From assembly GCA_041484665.1 (NCBI GenBank), contig JBGPIA010000002.1, positions 512,001 through 576,000 on the forward strand: a DNA stretch of 64,000 nucleotides, given 5' to 3'. Position 1 is the first letter of the stretch, and the number at the start of each line of letters is the position of its first letter. The translations under genes and the position numbers were made by a program. Shown here one piece after another: positions 52,277-61,259 of this stretch. The stretch is from Candidatus Krumholzibacteriia bacterium (GTDB taxonomy: Bacteria; Krumholzibacteriota; Krumholzibacteriia; JAJRXK01). The notes beneath the pieces were generated by a model that was not told the DNA's origin, did no database searches, and worked only from the letters and a program-made list of their open reading frames with translations.

Positions 52277-53104
52277 TCAGAAGATCGGCTGACCGTTGGC
52301 AAGGATCTCGTTGAGGGCCTCGCGGAAGTGGTTGGTGCTGTTGGCCACCTCGGGCGTGACCTTCTCCTTGTAGAGCTCCCAGGATTTCTTGATATCGTGT
52401 CCCAGGGCTTGCACCAGCGTGCCGCCGGCCAGCGCCTTATCGCGCTTCTCACGGTTGTAGGCCAGGATGTCGCTCACCAACGCCCGGGCCAGGCGGCGCG
52501 CCTTCTCCTGCTCCTGCCGCACGCGCGGGTCGACCGGCTCCTGGGGCTGCGCCTGGGGTGCCGGGCGGTCGAGGTCGACTTCGACGAAGCGGGCTGCGAC
52601 TGGCTCGGCGGCGCGCGCAGGCCCACCCGGTGCGGAAGCCGGCGGGGCTGCGGGACGCGCGGCGCCGATCATGGGACCGCTGGAACGCTCGATCTCCAGG
52701 TCCAGGTCGGGCATCGTCTGCGTCGAGGCCGAGGGCGCCGCGGGGCCGCGTGACGGCGCGGCCGCGGGGGCCGACCCGGAGGCCGGCCGCGCCGAACGGG
52801 TGCCCAGATCGATGTCGCGGTAACCGTACCCAGGGGGCGCCGCCGACGCGACGCTCGCGGCCGCGGGCCGCGCAGGCGCGCTCGTGGACGCCTGCGGCCG
52901 CACCGGTACCTGCGCCGTCTCGGCCGCCGCGGCGCGCGGACGCACCTCGGCCGGCCCCGGCGCGGGCTGCGCGTCACGCCGCTGCGTGCCGTCAACCGCG
53001 AAGATCGAAGCGCACTGCACGCAGCGGACGCGGATCCGCTGCTGCGGCACGCGGGCGGGATCGAGGCGATAGCGGGTCTTGCATTCTGCACACTGGACGA
53101 TCAT
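52277..53104 (-). CDS. MJ0042-type zinc ribbon + low-complexity linker + RomX-like helical domain
   Basis: MIVQCAECKTRY...VRCVQC; C-terminal KARRLARALVSDILAYN...LYKEKVTPE...FREALNEIL; GGAGAGG RBS. Confidence 0.7.
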   Translation of the reverse strand: MIVQCAECKTRYRLDPARVPQQRIRVRCVQCASIFAVDGTQRRDAQPAPGPAEVRPRAAAAETAQVPVRPQASTSAPARPAAASVASAAPPGYGYRDIDLGTRSARPASGSAPAAAPSRGPAAPSASTQTMPDLDLEIERSSGPMIGAARPAAPPASAPGGPARAAEPVAARFVEVDLDRPAPQAQPQEPVDPRVRQEQEKARRLARALVSDILAYNREKRDKALAGGTLVQALGHDIKKSWELYKEKVTPEVANSTNHFREALNEILANGQPIF

Positions 53105-53193
53105 TGCCTCTCCTGGTTGCATCGGGCAGAAGGTTCCCGGCCGCCAGCCTTGCCGCCGCCTGCCAGCGGCGGGCGGGGCCGGGGCGGACGAGC

Positions 53194-53209
53194 TGCAAGG
53201 ATCAAGCCA
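53194..53209 (-). promoter_or_regulatory. Sigma54-type promoter for the zinc-ribbon/RomX-like gene
   Basis: TGGCTTGATCCTTGCA (GG-N10-GC) about 90 nt upstream of the ATG. Confidence 0.5.
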
Positions 53210-53260
53210 AGGCCGCCCTCGTGAGGACGTCTGGGGAGCGCTCCGCCCGCCGCCAGGCGG

Positions 53261-54157
53261 TCACAGCGAGGCCAGCTCTCCGCTGACGCGCTCGCGCGTC
53301 TGCTCATTCCAGCCGCTGAGCACCAACAGCGCCTCTTCGTAGCTCTCGGCCGTCCGCGTGACCAGCTCGTCCATCTCGGCCAGCGGCAGGCCGGTCATCT
53401 CCCAGGCCTGGGGCAGGATCGGCGGAATCCTGGTGTTGCCGTCCTCGCCCAGCCGCAGCCCGCAGGCGATGCTGTTCGCGACGTGCACGGCGGCCACGAA
53501 GTCGCCGTGGCCGTCGGCGCAGCGCGGGTCGTGGTGCCAGGCGACCGCCTCCAGGTAGCGGCCCGGCAGGTTCCAGTGCTTGCAGAGCATGCGCCCGATG
53601 CGCGCGTGGTTGACCCCCAGGAGCTTGTTCTCGACCTCGATCATCTGCAGTCCACTCGCCTTCACCTCGCCCAGGATCTGGTCCATCTCCTGGGGGAAGT
53701 GCTCGAGCAAGACGATCTTCCCGATGTCGTGGATGAGGCCGCCGACGAAGTACTCCTCTTCCCCTTCGAGACCGCGCAGGCGGGCGATCGACTGGGCGGC
53801 AGATGCGGCGCCCAGGCTGTGCTTCCAGAACTCATTGACGTCGAAGGACGCCAGATGCCGCCCTTCCTTGAACAGGTCCATGACCGAAGTGGCGAGGATG
53901 AGATCGCGCAGGGAGCGCATGCCCACCAGGCTCACCGCCCGCGTGACGGTCTCGATCTTCTCCTGGAAGCCGTAGTGCACCGAGTTCACCAGGCGCAGCA
54001 GCTTGACCGTGATGACCTGGTCCTGGGAGATCACCGCCGCGATTTCGGCGGCGGAGGTCTTCGGGTTGCGCATCAGATCGCTGACGCGCTTGTAGATGAT
54101 GGGCAAGGTCGGCAGGTCGTTCACCTGGCGCAGGACCTTCTGGATGCGGTCTCTCAC
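53261..54157 (-). CDS. HDOD domain protein
   Basis: LPTLP, LLRLVNS, FWKHS, GLIHDIGK, HARIG...WNLP, HHDP. Confidence 0.92.
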   Translation of the reverse strand: MRDRIQKVLRQVNDLPTLPIIYKRVSDLMRNPKTSAAEIAAVISQDQVITVKLLRLVNSVHYGFQEKIETVTRAVSLVGMRSLRDLILATSVMDLFKEGRHLASFDVNEFWKHSLGAASAAQSIARLRGLEGEEEYFVGGLIHDIGKIVLLEHFPQEMDQILGEVKASGLQMIEVENKLLGVNHARIGRMLCKHWNLPGRYLEAVAWHHDPRCADGHGDFVAAVHVANSIACGLRLGEDGNTRIPPILPQAWEMTGLPLAEMDELVTRTAESYEEALLVLSGWNEQTRERVSGELASL

Positions 54158-54594
54158 GAGATCTCCTTCTCCGCCCCGATCAACCCCTGCCGGCGCAGCA
54201 CGGCCCGCAGCAGCGCCTCCATCACCGGGTTGCCCCGCGTGTCGCCGAAGCGCTCGGCCTGCGCCAGGATCAGCCGGCGCGTCTGCGCGAGTTCGCGCGG
54301 GGCGAGCGGGGCGCCGGACTCGCTCACGACGCCGCGCTCCGCAGCGGTGCCCGGCGCGGTGGCGGCGTCGGTCGACGTCGCCCCGCCGGTCGCCGTGGCA
54401 GCGCCGGTTGCGGTGCGGTGTGCCGCTGCGTCACCGCGCAGGACGAGCACGACGACGCCACGCCCGGCCAGCACCTCCAGATGATTGCGGGTGAGGGCCG
54501 TGCCCTCGGCCAGCAAGACCTGCCCGCCCGGCAACGTCACGGGCTCCGCCAGGACGTCTGCGGGCCGCGCCAGATGCAGGGGAACTTTCTTCAT
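54154..54594 (-). CDS. Hypothetical protein resembling the N-terminal module of HD-GYP-type proteins
   Basis: PADVLAEPV...GQVLLAEGTALT pattern; GTGA overlap with the HDOD start. Confidence 0.6.
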   Translation of the reverse strand: MKKVPLHLARPADVLAEPVTLPGGQVLLAEGTALTRNHLEVLAGRGVVVLVLRGDAAAHRTATGAATATGGATSTDAATAPGTAAERGVVSESGAPLAPRELAQTRRLILAQAERFGDTRGNPVMEALLRAVLRRQGLIGAEKEIS

Positions 54595-54723
54595 GGGACC
54601 TACCTCGAAGGAAAGGACTTCGACGGCAATCCGTGCCGACTCGACCGGGGTTGCGGCCCGCGGCAGCGCGATCACCGGAATCGCCCGGCATCGGCCGGGC
54701 CGCTCGCACGGAGCGTGCCGGGC

Positions 54724-56799
54724 CTACCCCGCTGCGCTCCAGAATGGGGAGGCACCGACCAGGGCTTGCAGCCAGGCCGCCAGCGTCGCGTGCTCGGGCC
54801 GCCGCAGGGCGGGGTCGCGCTCCAGGACGGAATCGACCAGCTCCCGGGCCCGGGCCACCAGGTCGGCGTGCTCCAGCGGGCGCAGGAAGCGCAGCGGCGT
54901 CTCGCCGTGCTGGCGGACTCCTTGCAGGTCGCCCATGCCCCGGGACTGCAAATCGAGCTCGGCGAGCGCAAACCCATCGTGGATCGCGCCCAGCTGGGCT
55001 AGGCGCCGGCGCGCCGACGGGCCCGCCTCCTCGCCGCAAACCAGCACGCACTCCCCGGGGCGGGCGCCGCGGCCAACACGCCCGCGCAGCTGGTGGAGCT
55101 GTGCCAAGCCGAAGCGCTCGGCATGGTGCACGACCATGAGGGTGGCCATGGCGACGTCGAGCCCCACCTCGACGACGGTCGTTGCCACCAGCACGTCGAG
55201 CTCTCCGCGCGCGAATGCCGCGCTCACGGCCTCCTTCTGCCGGGCTGGCAGCTGTCCGTGGAGCAGCCCGACGCGCATCCCGCGCAGGGGACCGCGCACC
55301 AGTTCCGCGTGCGACGCCAGCACGCTGGCGACGTCGCTGCTCTCCGTCGCACGGATGACGGGGAAGACCAGGTAGCACTGCTCGCCGCGCGCGGCTCGCT
55401 CGGCGACCTGCGTATAGATGCCGGGTAGCTCGGTGGGCGACGCCACCTGGGTGCGCACCGGAGCGCGCCCCGGCGGCAGCTCGTCCAGCACGGAGAGATC
55501 GAGGTCGCCGTACAGCGTCAGCGCGAGGCTGCGTGGGATCGGAGTGGCGGACATCACCAGCAGGTGCGCCCCCCAACCACCCAGCTGGGCGCGATGCAGC
55601 ACGCCGAAGCGGTGCTGCTCGTCGATCACGGCCAGCCCCAGGCGGGCGAAGCGCACCTCGTCCTGCAGCAGCGCGTGCGTCCCGAACACGATCGAGAGCG
55701 ATCCGTCGCGCAGCCCTGCCCGCAGTGCCGGGCGCTGCGCTCCGGGGGTCGATGATGTCAACAGCGCTCCGCGGATGCCCAGTGCCTGCAGCGCCGGCAG
55801 GTGGCGCTGGGCGTGCTGGTGCGCGAGCACCGCGGTGGGCGCCATGAAGGCCGCCTGCGCCCCCGACTCGGCAAGCCAAAGCATCGCGATGAGGGCAACC
55901 AGGGTCTTGCCGCTGCCCACGTCGCCCTGCAGCATGCGGTGCATCGCCACCGGCGAAGCCAGGTCGCGGCGGATCTCCGCGAGCGCGCGGCGCTGCGCGC
56001 GGGTGAGCGCGTACGGCAGCCCCTCGACGAAGCGCCGCGACAGATCCGACAGCGGAGGCAGCACCACGGTGGCCGGCCTGCGCAGCAGCCCGCGCCGCCG
56101 GATGCCCAGCGACAACTGGAGAGCCACCGCCTCCTCGAACGCCAGGCGGCGCTGCGCCGCGACCGCCTCCTCCTCACGATCGGGCCGGTGCAGGGCCAGC
56201 AGTGCAGTGCGCCGTGAGGGCAACCCGGCCTCGCGCAGCCAGTCCTGCGGCAGAGGATCTGTGACCAGTGGCAGCGCCAGCGGCAGCACCGCAAAGACCA
56301 ACTTGCGCAGCGTGCCCTGGCGCAGGCCCGCGGTCAGCGGGTAGACCGGCAACAACCGCCCCGCCGGCTCCTGCAGCGCCTCCTCCTCCCCCTCCAGCTG
56401 GGGGTTGAGCATCTGCAGGCGTCCGGCGAAACGACCGACCTCCCCGCTCACCACCACGACGTCGCCGACGTGGAGCCGCCGGGCCATCCAGGCGGCGTTG
56501 AACCACGTGAGCAGCAGAGTGCCGCCGCCATCGCCGACGACGGCCAGCACGCGCGTGGGCCCCGGCCGGCGGCGGCTCAGCTGCACGTCGAGCACGGTCC
56601 CGCGCGCGAGACAGCGCTGGCCCTCCCGCACCGCGGCGATCGGCGCGAGCGCGCCGCGCTGCAGATAGTGAATGGGAACCAGGCAGAGCAGCTCCTCGAC
56701 GGTATCGACACCGAGGCGGCGCAACTGCTGGGCGCGCACCGGCCCGACGCCCTTGAGGAAGCGTACGGGAGTGGCCAGGGTCAGAGCTTGGGGTTGCAT
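54724..56799 (-). CDS. recG: ATP-dependent DNA helicase RecG
   Basis: LKGVGP, QGDVGSGKT, GTHAL, DEQHRFG, MSATPIPR, QLHQLRGRVGRG. Confidence 0.97.
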   Translation of the reverse strand: MQPQALTLATPVRFLKGVGPVRAQQLRRLGVDTVEELLCLVPIHYLQRGALAPIAAVREGQRCLARGTVLDVQLSRRRPGPTRVLAVVGDGGGTLLLTWFNAAWMARRLHVGDVVVVSGEVGRFAGRLQMLNPQLEGEEEALQEPAGRLLPVYPLTAGLRQGTLRKLVFAVLPLALPLVTDPLPQDWLREAGLPSRRTALLALHRPDREEEAVAAQRRLAFEEAVALQLSLGIRRRGLLRRPATVVLPPLSDLSRRFVEGLPYALTRAQRRALAEIRRDLASPVAMHRMLQGDVGSGKTLVALIAMLWLAESGAQAAFMAPTAVLAHQHAQRHLPALQALGIRGALLTSSTPGAQRPALRAGLRDGSLSIVFGTHALLQDEVRFARLGLAVIDEQHRFGVLHRAQLGGWGAHLLVMSATPIPRSLALTLYGDLDLSVLDELPPGRAPVRTQVASPTELPGIYTQVAERAARGEQCYLVFPVIRATESSDVASVLASHAELVRGPLRGMRVGLLHGQLPARQKEAVSAAFARGELDVLVATTVVEVGLDVAMATLMVVHHAERFGLAQLHQLRGRVGRGARPGECVLVCGEEAGPSARRRLAQLGAIHDGFALAELDLQSRGMGDLQGVRQHGETPLRFLRPLEHADLVARARELVDSVLERDPALRRPEHATLAAWLQALVGASPFWSAAG

Positions 56800-56887
56800 G
56801 GCAGTGGCGCCGCGCCGCGCGCCGTCCGTGTGGCGCTGGGCTTGGCGCCGAAGCACGCACCGCCCGGCGGGCGCTCCGCGCCCGGCG

Positions 56888-58459
56888 CTACTGGACGCGC
56901 TTGAAAATGTAGAAGCCGTTGCGGCCCGGCAGCGGCGCGGTTATCGCTCCCACTTCCAGCCGGGAGACGGCGGCCTTGAAATCGTCGTGCATGGCCGCGG
57001 GGTCGACGAATCCCACGTCGATGCCAGTCATGCTGGCGATCTTGCTCTGCGCTTGCGCCAGCCGGTAGAAGTCGTCCCCGGCGCGGGCGCGCTGCGCGAT
57101 CTGCTCGGCCTGCTCGCGCGTCTCGACCATCATCTGGAGCAGATGCACCTCTCCCTTGGCGCGTGCCTGCGACTGCTGCGCCATGCGCGTCTGCAGCTCG
57201 ACCAGCACCTTGCTGATGCGCTCCTTCTCGGCGACGTCGTCGATGCGCTGCAGGTAGTCGTGGTAGTGCTGCTGGGCCTCGTCGTAGTGGTACTGCGCAG
57301 CGGCGATGCGCGCCAGGTGCAGGTGTGGCCCGGCCAGCTTGCTGTCCAGGCGCGCCGCCAGACCGAGCTGCTCGCGCGCGTCGGTCACCGCCCCGCGATT
57401 GATCAGCAGGATGCCCAGGTTGAGGTGCGCGTTGGCCACCGCCGGCGCCATGGCGATCGACTTGCGCAGCGCCTGCTCGGCGTCGGCGGGGCGATCGAGC
57501 TGGACTAACGCGTTGGCGAGGTTGAAGTAGAGATCACCATTGTCGGGGTCCAGCTCGATGGCCTTGCGGAAGGCGGTCTCGGCCTCGGCCGTCTTGCCGG
57601 CGATGAACTGGATGTTGCCCAGCCCCACCCACGCCCGCGCGTTGGGGGTCGCTGCGTTGGAGGCGCGGTACTCCGCGGCCGCCTCGTCCCCCTTGCCCTC
57701 GGCGAACGCCGCCTCGCCCAGCCAGGCGTGCACGGTCGAGGCGTCGGCACCATTGTCGAGGGCGGCGCGCAGGTGGGTACGCGCTTCGTCCCGCTCACCC
57801 GCCCCAACCAGGATGCGACCCAGGTCGAGCCGGTAGGCCGGGTTCTTCGGGTCGAGCTGCACGAGCTGCCGCAGCAGCCCCACGGCCTTCGTCCAGTCTT
57901 GCCGCCCCAGGCAGAGCGAGGCCAGCGATTCCAGGATCGGGCGGTTGTCGGGGAAACGGCGGACGCCCTCCTCCAGCGTGGCCACCCCGGTCTCCGCGGC
58001 GCCGGAGGCCAGCTCCGCCTGGCCCAGCAGTAGGGTCGCGTCGGGTTCGTCCGGTGCCAGGGCACGCGCTGTGCGCGCGGCCTCGAGCGCGCCGGGCGCT
58101 TGCCCAAGCTGCAACCGAACGAAGGCGATGCGCACCCATAGCTGTGACTCTTCCCCATGCAGCTGGGCCTGCGCGAGGTACTGGGCGTTGGCCTGCTCCA
58201 GCTTGCCCAGCGACAGGAGGCTGTCCCCCGCTGCCATCCAGGGGATGGAGCCATCTTTGTTGCCCGGTCGGGCCAGCGGCTGCCCGCAGGCGATGGAGCA
58301 CGCCAGGCAGAGGAACGCCCCTGTCCACACCCCTGCCAGCACCCCCGCCAGCGACGTGGTGCGGCGCCCGTTCGCGAGCCCGGTGGTACGGTTCTTGCGG
58401 CTCAATGCGGCACCTGAGCGCTGTGGCAGCGCCCTCCGGGGCGCACGTGGCGCGCGCAC
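56888..58459 (-). CDS. Exported TPR-repeat protein with C-terminal PpiC-type peptidyl-prolyl isomerase domain
   Basis: About 10 TPR units; GDDFYRLAQAQS...DVGFV...LEVGAIT...GFYIFK; start uncertain. Confidence 0.78.
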   Translation of the reverse strand: MRAPRAPRRALPQRSGAALSRKNRTTGLANGRRTTSLAGVLAGVWTGAFLCLACSIACGQPLARPGNKDGSIPWMAAGDSLLSLGKLEQANAQYLAQAQLHGEESQLWVRIAFVRLQLGQAPGALEAARTARALAPDEPDATLLLGQAELASGAAETGVATLEEGVRRFPDNRPILESLASLCLGRQDWTKAVGLLRQLVQLDPKNPAYRLDLGRILVGAGERDEARTHLRAALDNGADASTVHAWLGEAAFAEGKGDEAAAEYRASNAATPNARAWVGLGNIQFIAGKTAEAETAFRKAIELDPDNGDLYFNLANALVQLDRPADAEQALRKSIAMAPAVANAHLNLGILLINRGAVTDAREQLGLAARLDSKLAGPHLHLARIAAAQYHYDEAQQHYHDYLQRIDDVAEKERISKVLVELQTRMAQQSQARAKGEVHLLQMMVETREQAEQIAQRARAGDDFYRLAQAQSKIASMTGIDVGFVDPAAMHDDFKAAVSRLEVGAITAPLPGRNGFYIFKRVQ

Positions 58460-58526
58460 ATCATGGTCCACCGGGGATCGGGCCCGGCCCCCCGGATGGC
58501 GAGTCTTGCAGTGATCGTGGGGAGCC

Positions 58527-58937
58527 ATGGAAGCGTCGGATGGAAAGGCCCACATCCTCGTGATCGAGGACGAGCCGATGATCCAGAGCCTGCTGAAGAT
58601 ACAGCTGGAGAAGCTCGGATACCGCGTCTCCGTGGCCAACGAAGGCCAGAGTGGATTCAAGATCGCCCAGGAAAGCCCTCCGGACCTCATGCTGCTGGAC
58701 CTCATGATGCCGGAGCTGGACGGCTTCCAAGTGCTTAAGCGCGTGAAGGCCATCTCCCGACTGGCGCGCATCCCGGTGGTCATCCTCACCGCCAGCCACG
58801 ACGACCACCATCGCCGCAAGAGCCTCTCGCACCTGGCCGACGCCTTTCTCACCAAGCCCTACCGTCCCGAGGAGCTCGCGGCGACGATCCAGCAGTTGCT
58901 CGGCACGCGCCAGGGCTCGCCGACGCGGCAGTCATAG
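58527..58937 (+). CDS. Single-domain response regulator
   Basis: ILVIEDE, LLDLMMPELDG, ILTA, FLTKP. Confidence 0.92.
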   Translation: MEASDGKAHILVIEDEPMIQSLLKIQLEKLGYRVSVANEGQSGFKIAQESPPDLMLLDLMMPELDGFQVLKRVKAISRLARIPVVILTASHDDHHRRKSLSHLADAFLTKPYRPEELAATIQQLLGTRQGSPTRQS

Positions 58938-59050
58938 TCTAGGGTTCCAGCCGCGGCGCGTCCAACAGCGCGCCGTTGCGGGGGCCGCCGTAGCCGCCGA
59001 ACCGGCGTGGCCGGCGCCTCCCCTTCGGTCTGCACTCGTGGACCGCGGCG

Positions 59051-60370
59051 GTGCCGCAGGACGAGGTCCCCGTGCTCAGGACACGGCAGAGGCTCGGGAA
59101 GTACCGCATCGATCGGCGGCTGGGCGAGGGCGGCTTCGGGCACGTGTACCGCGCCTACGACACCGTCGAGGGGATCAAGGTCGCGCTCAAGGTTCCCCAT
59201 GCCTACCAGGCGACGCCCAGGATCCTGGAGGACTTCCGTCGCGAGGTGCGCCTCAGCGCCTCCCTCGACCATCCCAACATCCTGCCCATCAAGTACGCCG
59301 GGTTCGTCGAGGATCACTTCGTCATCGTCTACCCGGCCGGCGAGCGCACGCTCGCCGATCGCCTGCGCAGCCGCCTCTCGCTCAAGGCGGCGCTCGGCTA
59401 CGGCGGGCAGATGCTGGAGGCGCTGGCCCACGCGCACGCCCGCCATGTGATCCACTGCGACGTCAAGCCGGAGAACTTCATCCTGTTCGGCGGAGACCGG
59501 CTGCGCCTGACCGACTTCGGAATCGCCAAGCTCGCCCGCGGCACGCTCACGGCGTCGGGTAGCGGCACGGTGGGCTACCTCTCGCCGGAGCAGGCGCTCG
59601 GCAAGCCGTCGTTCCGCTCCGACGTCTTCTCGGCCGGGCTGCTCCTGTACCGGATGCTGTCCAGCGAACTGCCGGAATGGCCGTTCGCGTGGCCGCCTCC
59701 GGGCTACGCGCGCCTGCGGCCCCGCGTGCATCCAGACCTGCTGGCGTTCCTGCGCCGCGCCATGGAGGTGGACCAGCGCAAGCGCTTCGCCGACGCCACG
59801 CAGATGCTCGCCGCCTTCCGCCGCGTGCAGCGCCACGCTCTCAAGCCCGCCGTGCCGCGCCGCCGGCGCGCTCAGCCCGCGGCGAGCGCGCACTGGAAGG
59901 TGATCCGCGTGCAGCAGTTCCTTCGCCTCTACGCCCGCCGGCTGGAGATCCGCGGCCGGTGCGGGCGCTGCGCCGGGCCGCTGGGCGAGCGCATGCAGGC
60001 GTGCCCGTGGTGTGGAGCGGAGCAGCGCTCCTATCGCGGCCCGTCGCGCTATCCGCGCCGCTGCCCGCGCTGCCGCCGCGGTGTGAAGCTGGACTGGAGG
60101 TTCTGCTCGTGGTGCTACGGCTCGGCCATCGGGCCGGTCGCCGCGCAGGCGTACCGAGACGCGCGCTATGTCGCGCGTTGCGGCAACCGGGCCTGCCGCC
60201 GCCGGGTCCAGATGCCGTTCATGCGTTACTGCCCCTGGTGCCATCGCAAGCCACGCCGTGCCTGGCCCATCGAGGGCAGCACGCACCGCTGCCCGCGCTG
60301 CCGCTGGGGTGTCCTCCCCGACTTCTGGGCCTTCTGCCCCTGGTGCGCCCGGGCGCTGCGGGAGGCATGA
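59051..60370 (+). CDS. Hanks-type Ser/Thr kinase with four C-terminal zinc ribbons
   Basis: GEGGFG, VALK, HCDVKPEN, DFG, SPE, SDVFS; four CxxC...CxWC pairs. Confidence 0.92.
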   Translation: MPQDEVPVLRTRQRLGKYRIDRRLGEGGFGHVYRAYDTVEGIKVALKVPHAYQATPRILEDFRREVRLSASLDHPNILPIKYAGFVEDHFVIVYPAGERTLADRLRSRLSLKAALGYGGQMLEALAHAHARHVIHCDVKPENFILFGGDRLRLTDFGIAKLARGTLTASGSGTVGYLSPEQALGKPSFRSDVFSAGLLLYRMLSSELPEWPFAWPPPGYARLRPRVHPDLLAFLRRAMEVDQRKRFADATQMLAAFRRVQRHALKPAVPRRRRAQPAASAHWKVIRVQQFLRLYARRLEIRGRCGRCAGPLGERMQACPWCGAEQRSYRGPSRYPRRCPRCRRGVKLDWRFCSWCYGSAIGPVAAQAYRDARYVARCGNRACRRRVQMPFMRYCPWCHRKPRRAWPIEGSTHRCPRCRWGVLPDFWAFCPWCARALREA

Positions 60371-60376
60371 GGCCCC

Positions 60377-61201
60377 ATGGCGCTCCCGTTGCTCGAGCCG
60401 CTGTTGTGCTGCGAGCAGGACCTCCTGCAGCTGCACGCCGGTGCGCTCGCCCAGGGAGCCGTCGCGCTGTATACGGCGAAGTCGCCGCTGCGCACCGACG
60501 CCAGCGAGGACGCCTGCGCCGCCATCCCGCTCGACTCGCAGCGTGCCGTGCTCGCCGTGGCCGATGGCGTGGGCGGGCTCCCCTGCGCCGCGGAGGCCGC
60601 GCGCCTGGCGCTCACCGCGCTCGCGCACGCCGTGGTGCGCGCGGTAAAGGAGCACGGCGCGCTGCGCGAGGCGATCCTCGAGGGCTTCGACGGGGCGAAC
60701 CGTGCCGTGACCGCTCTGGGGGTCGGAGCCGCCACGACGCTGGCCGTTGCCGAGATCCGCGGGCGCGTCGCGCGCAGCTACCACGTGGGGGACAGCGGAG
60801 TACTGGTCACCGGGGCGCGGGGCAAGCTCAAGCTGCAGACGCTCTCCCACTCCCCGGTCGGCTACGCGGTGGAGTCGGGGCTGCTCGACGCCCGCGCGGC
60901 GATGCAGCACGAGGATCGCCACTTGATCTCCAACATGGTCGGCTCGGCCTCGATGCGCGTCGAGATGGGGCCGCTGCTGGAGCTCGCCCCGCGCGACACG
61001 CTGCTCATCGCCAGCGACGGGTTGCTGGACAATCTGCACCTCCATGAGATCGTCGAGCGCATGCGCAAGGGGACGTTGGACGAGGCCGCGCAGGCGCTGG
61101 CGGAGGCGTGCCAGCGGCGGATGCTGCAGGCGACCGACGGAGAGCCCAGCAAGCCCGACGACGTGACGATCGTGCTCTACCGGCCGCGTCCGGCGTCGTA
61201 A
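60377..61201 (+). CDS. PP2C-family Ser/Thr phosphatase
   Basis: SED, VADGVGG, HVGDS, ASDGL, DDVT. Confidence 0.9.
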   Translation: MALPLLEPLLCCEQDLLQLHAGALAQGAVALYTAKSPLRTDASEDACAAIPLDSQRAVLAVADGVGGLPCAAEAARLALTALAHAVVRAVKEHGALREAILEGFDGANRAVTALGVGAATTLAVAEIRGRVARSYHVGDSGVLVTGARGKLKLQTLSHSPVGYAVESGLLDARAAMQHEDRHLISNMVGSASMRVEMGPLLELAPRDTLLIASDGLLDNLHLHEIVERMRKGTLDEAAQALAEACQRRMLQATDGEPSKPDDVTIVLYRPRPAS

Positions 61202-61259
61202 GGCGTGCGCTACGCGCCACCCGGGGCGGCGCTTGGGCCCCAGGCCGGCCCTCCCGCGC

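Noticed and set aside
56888..58855. 655-aa version of the TPR-PpiC protein
   Set aside because: N-terminal extension is antisense to the response regulator at 58527-58937
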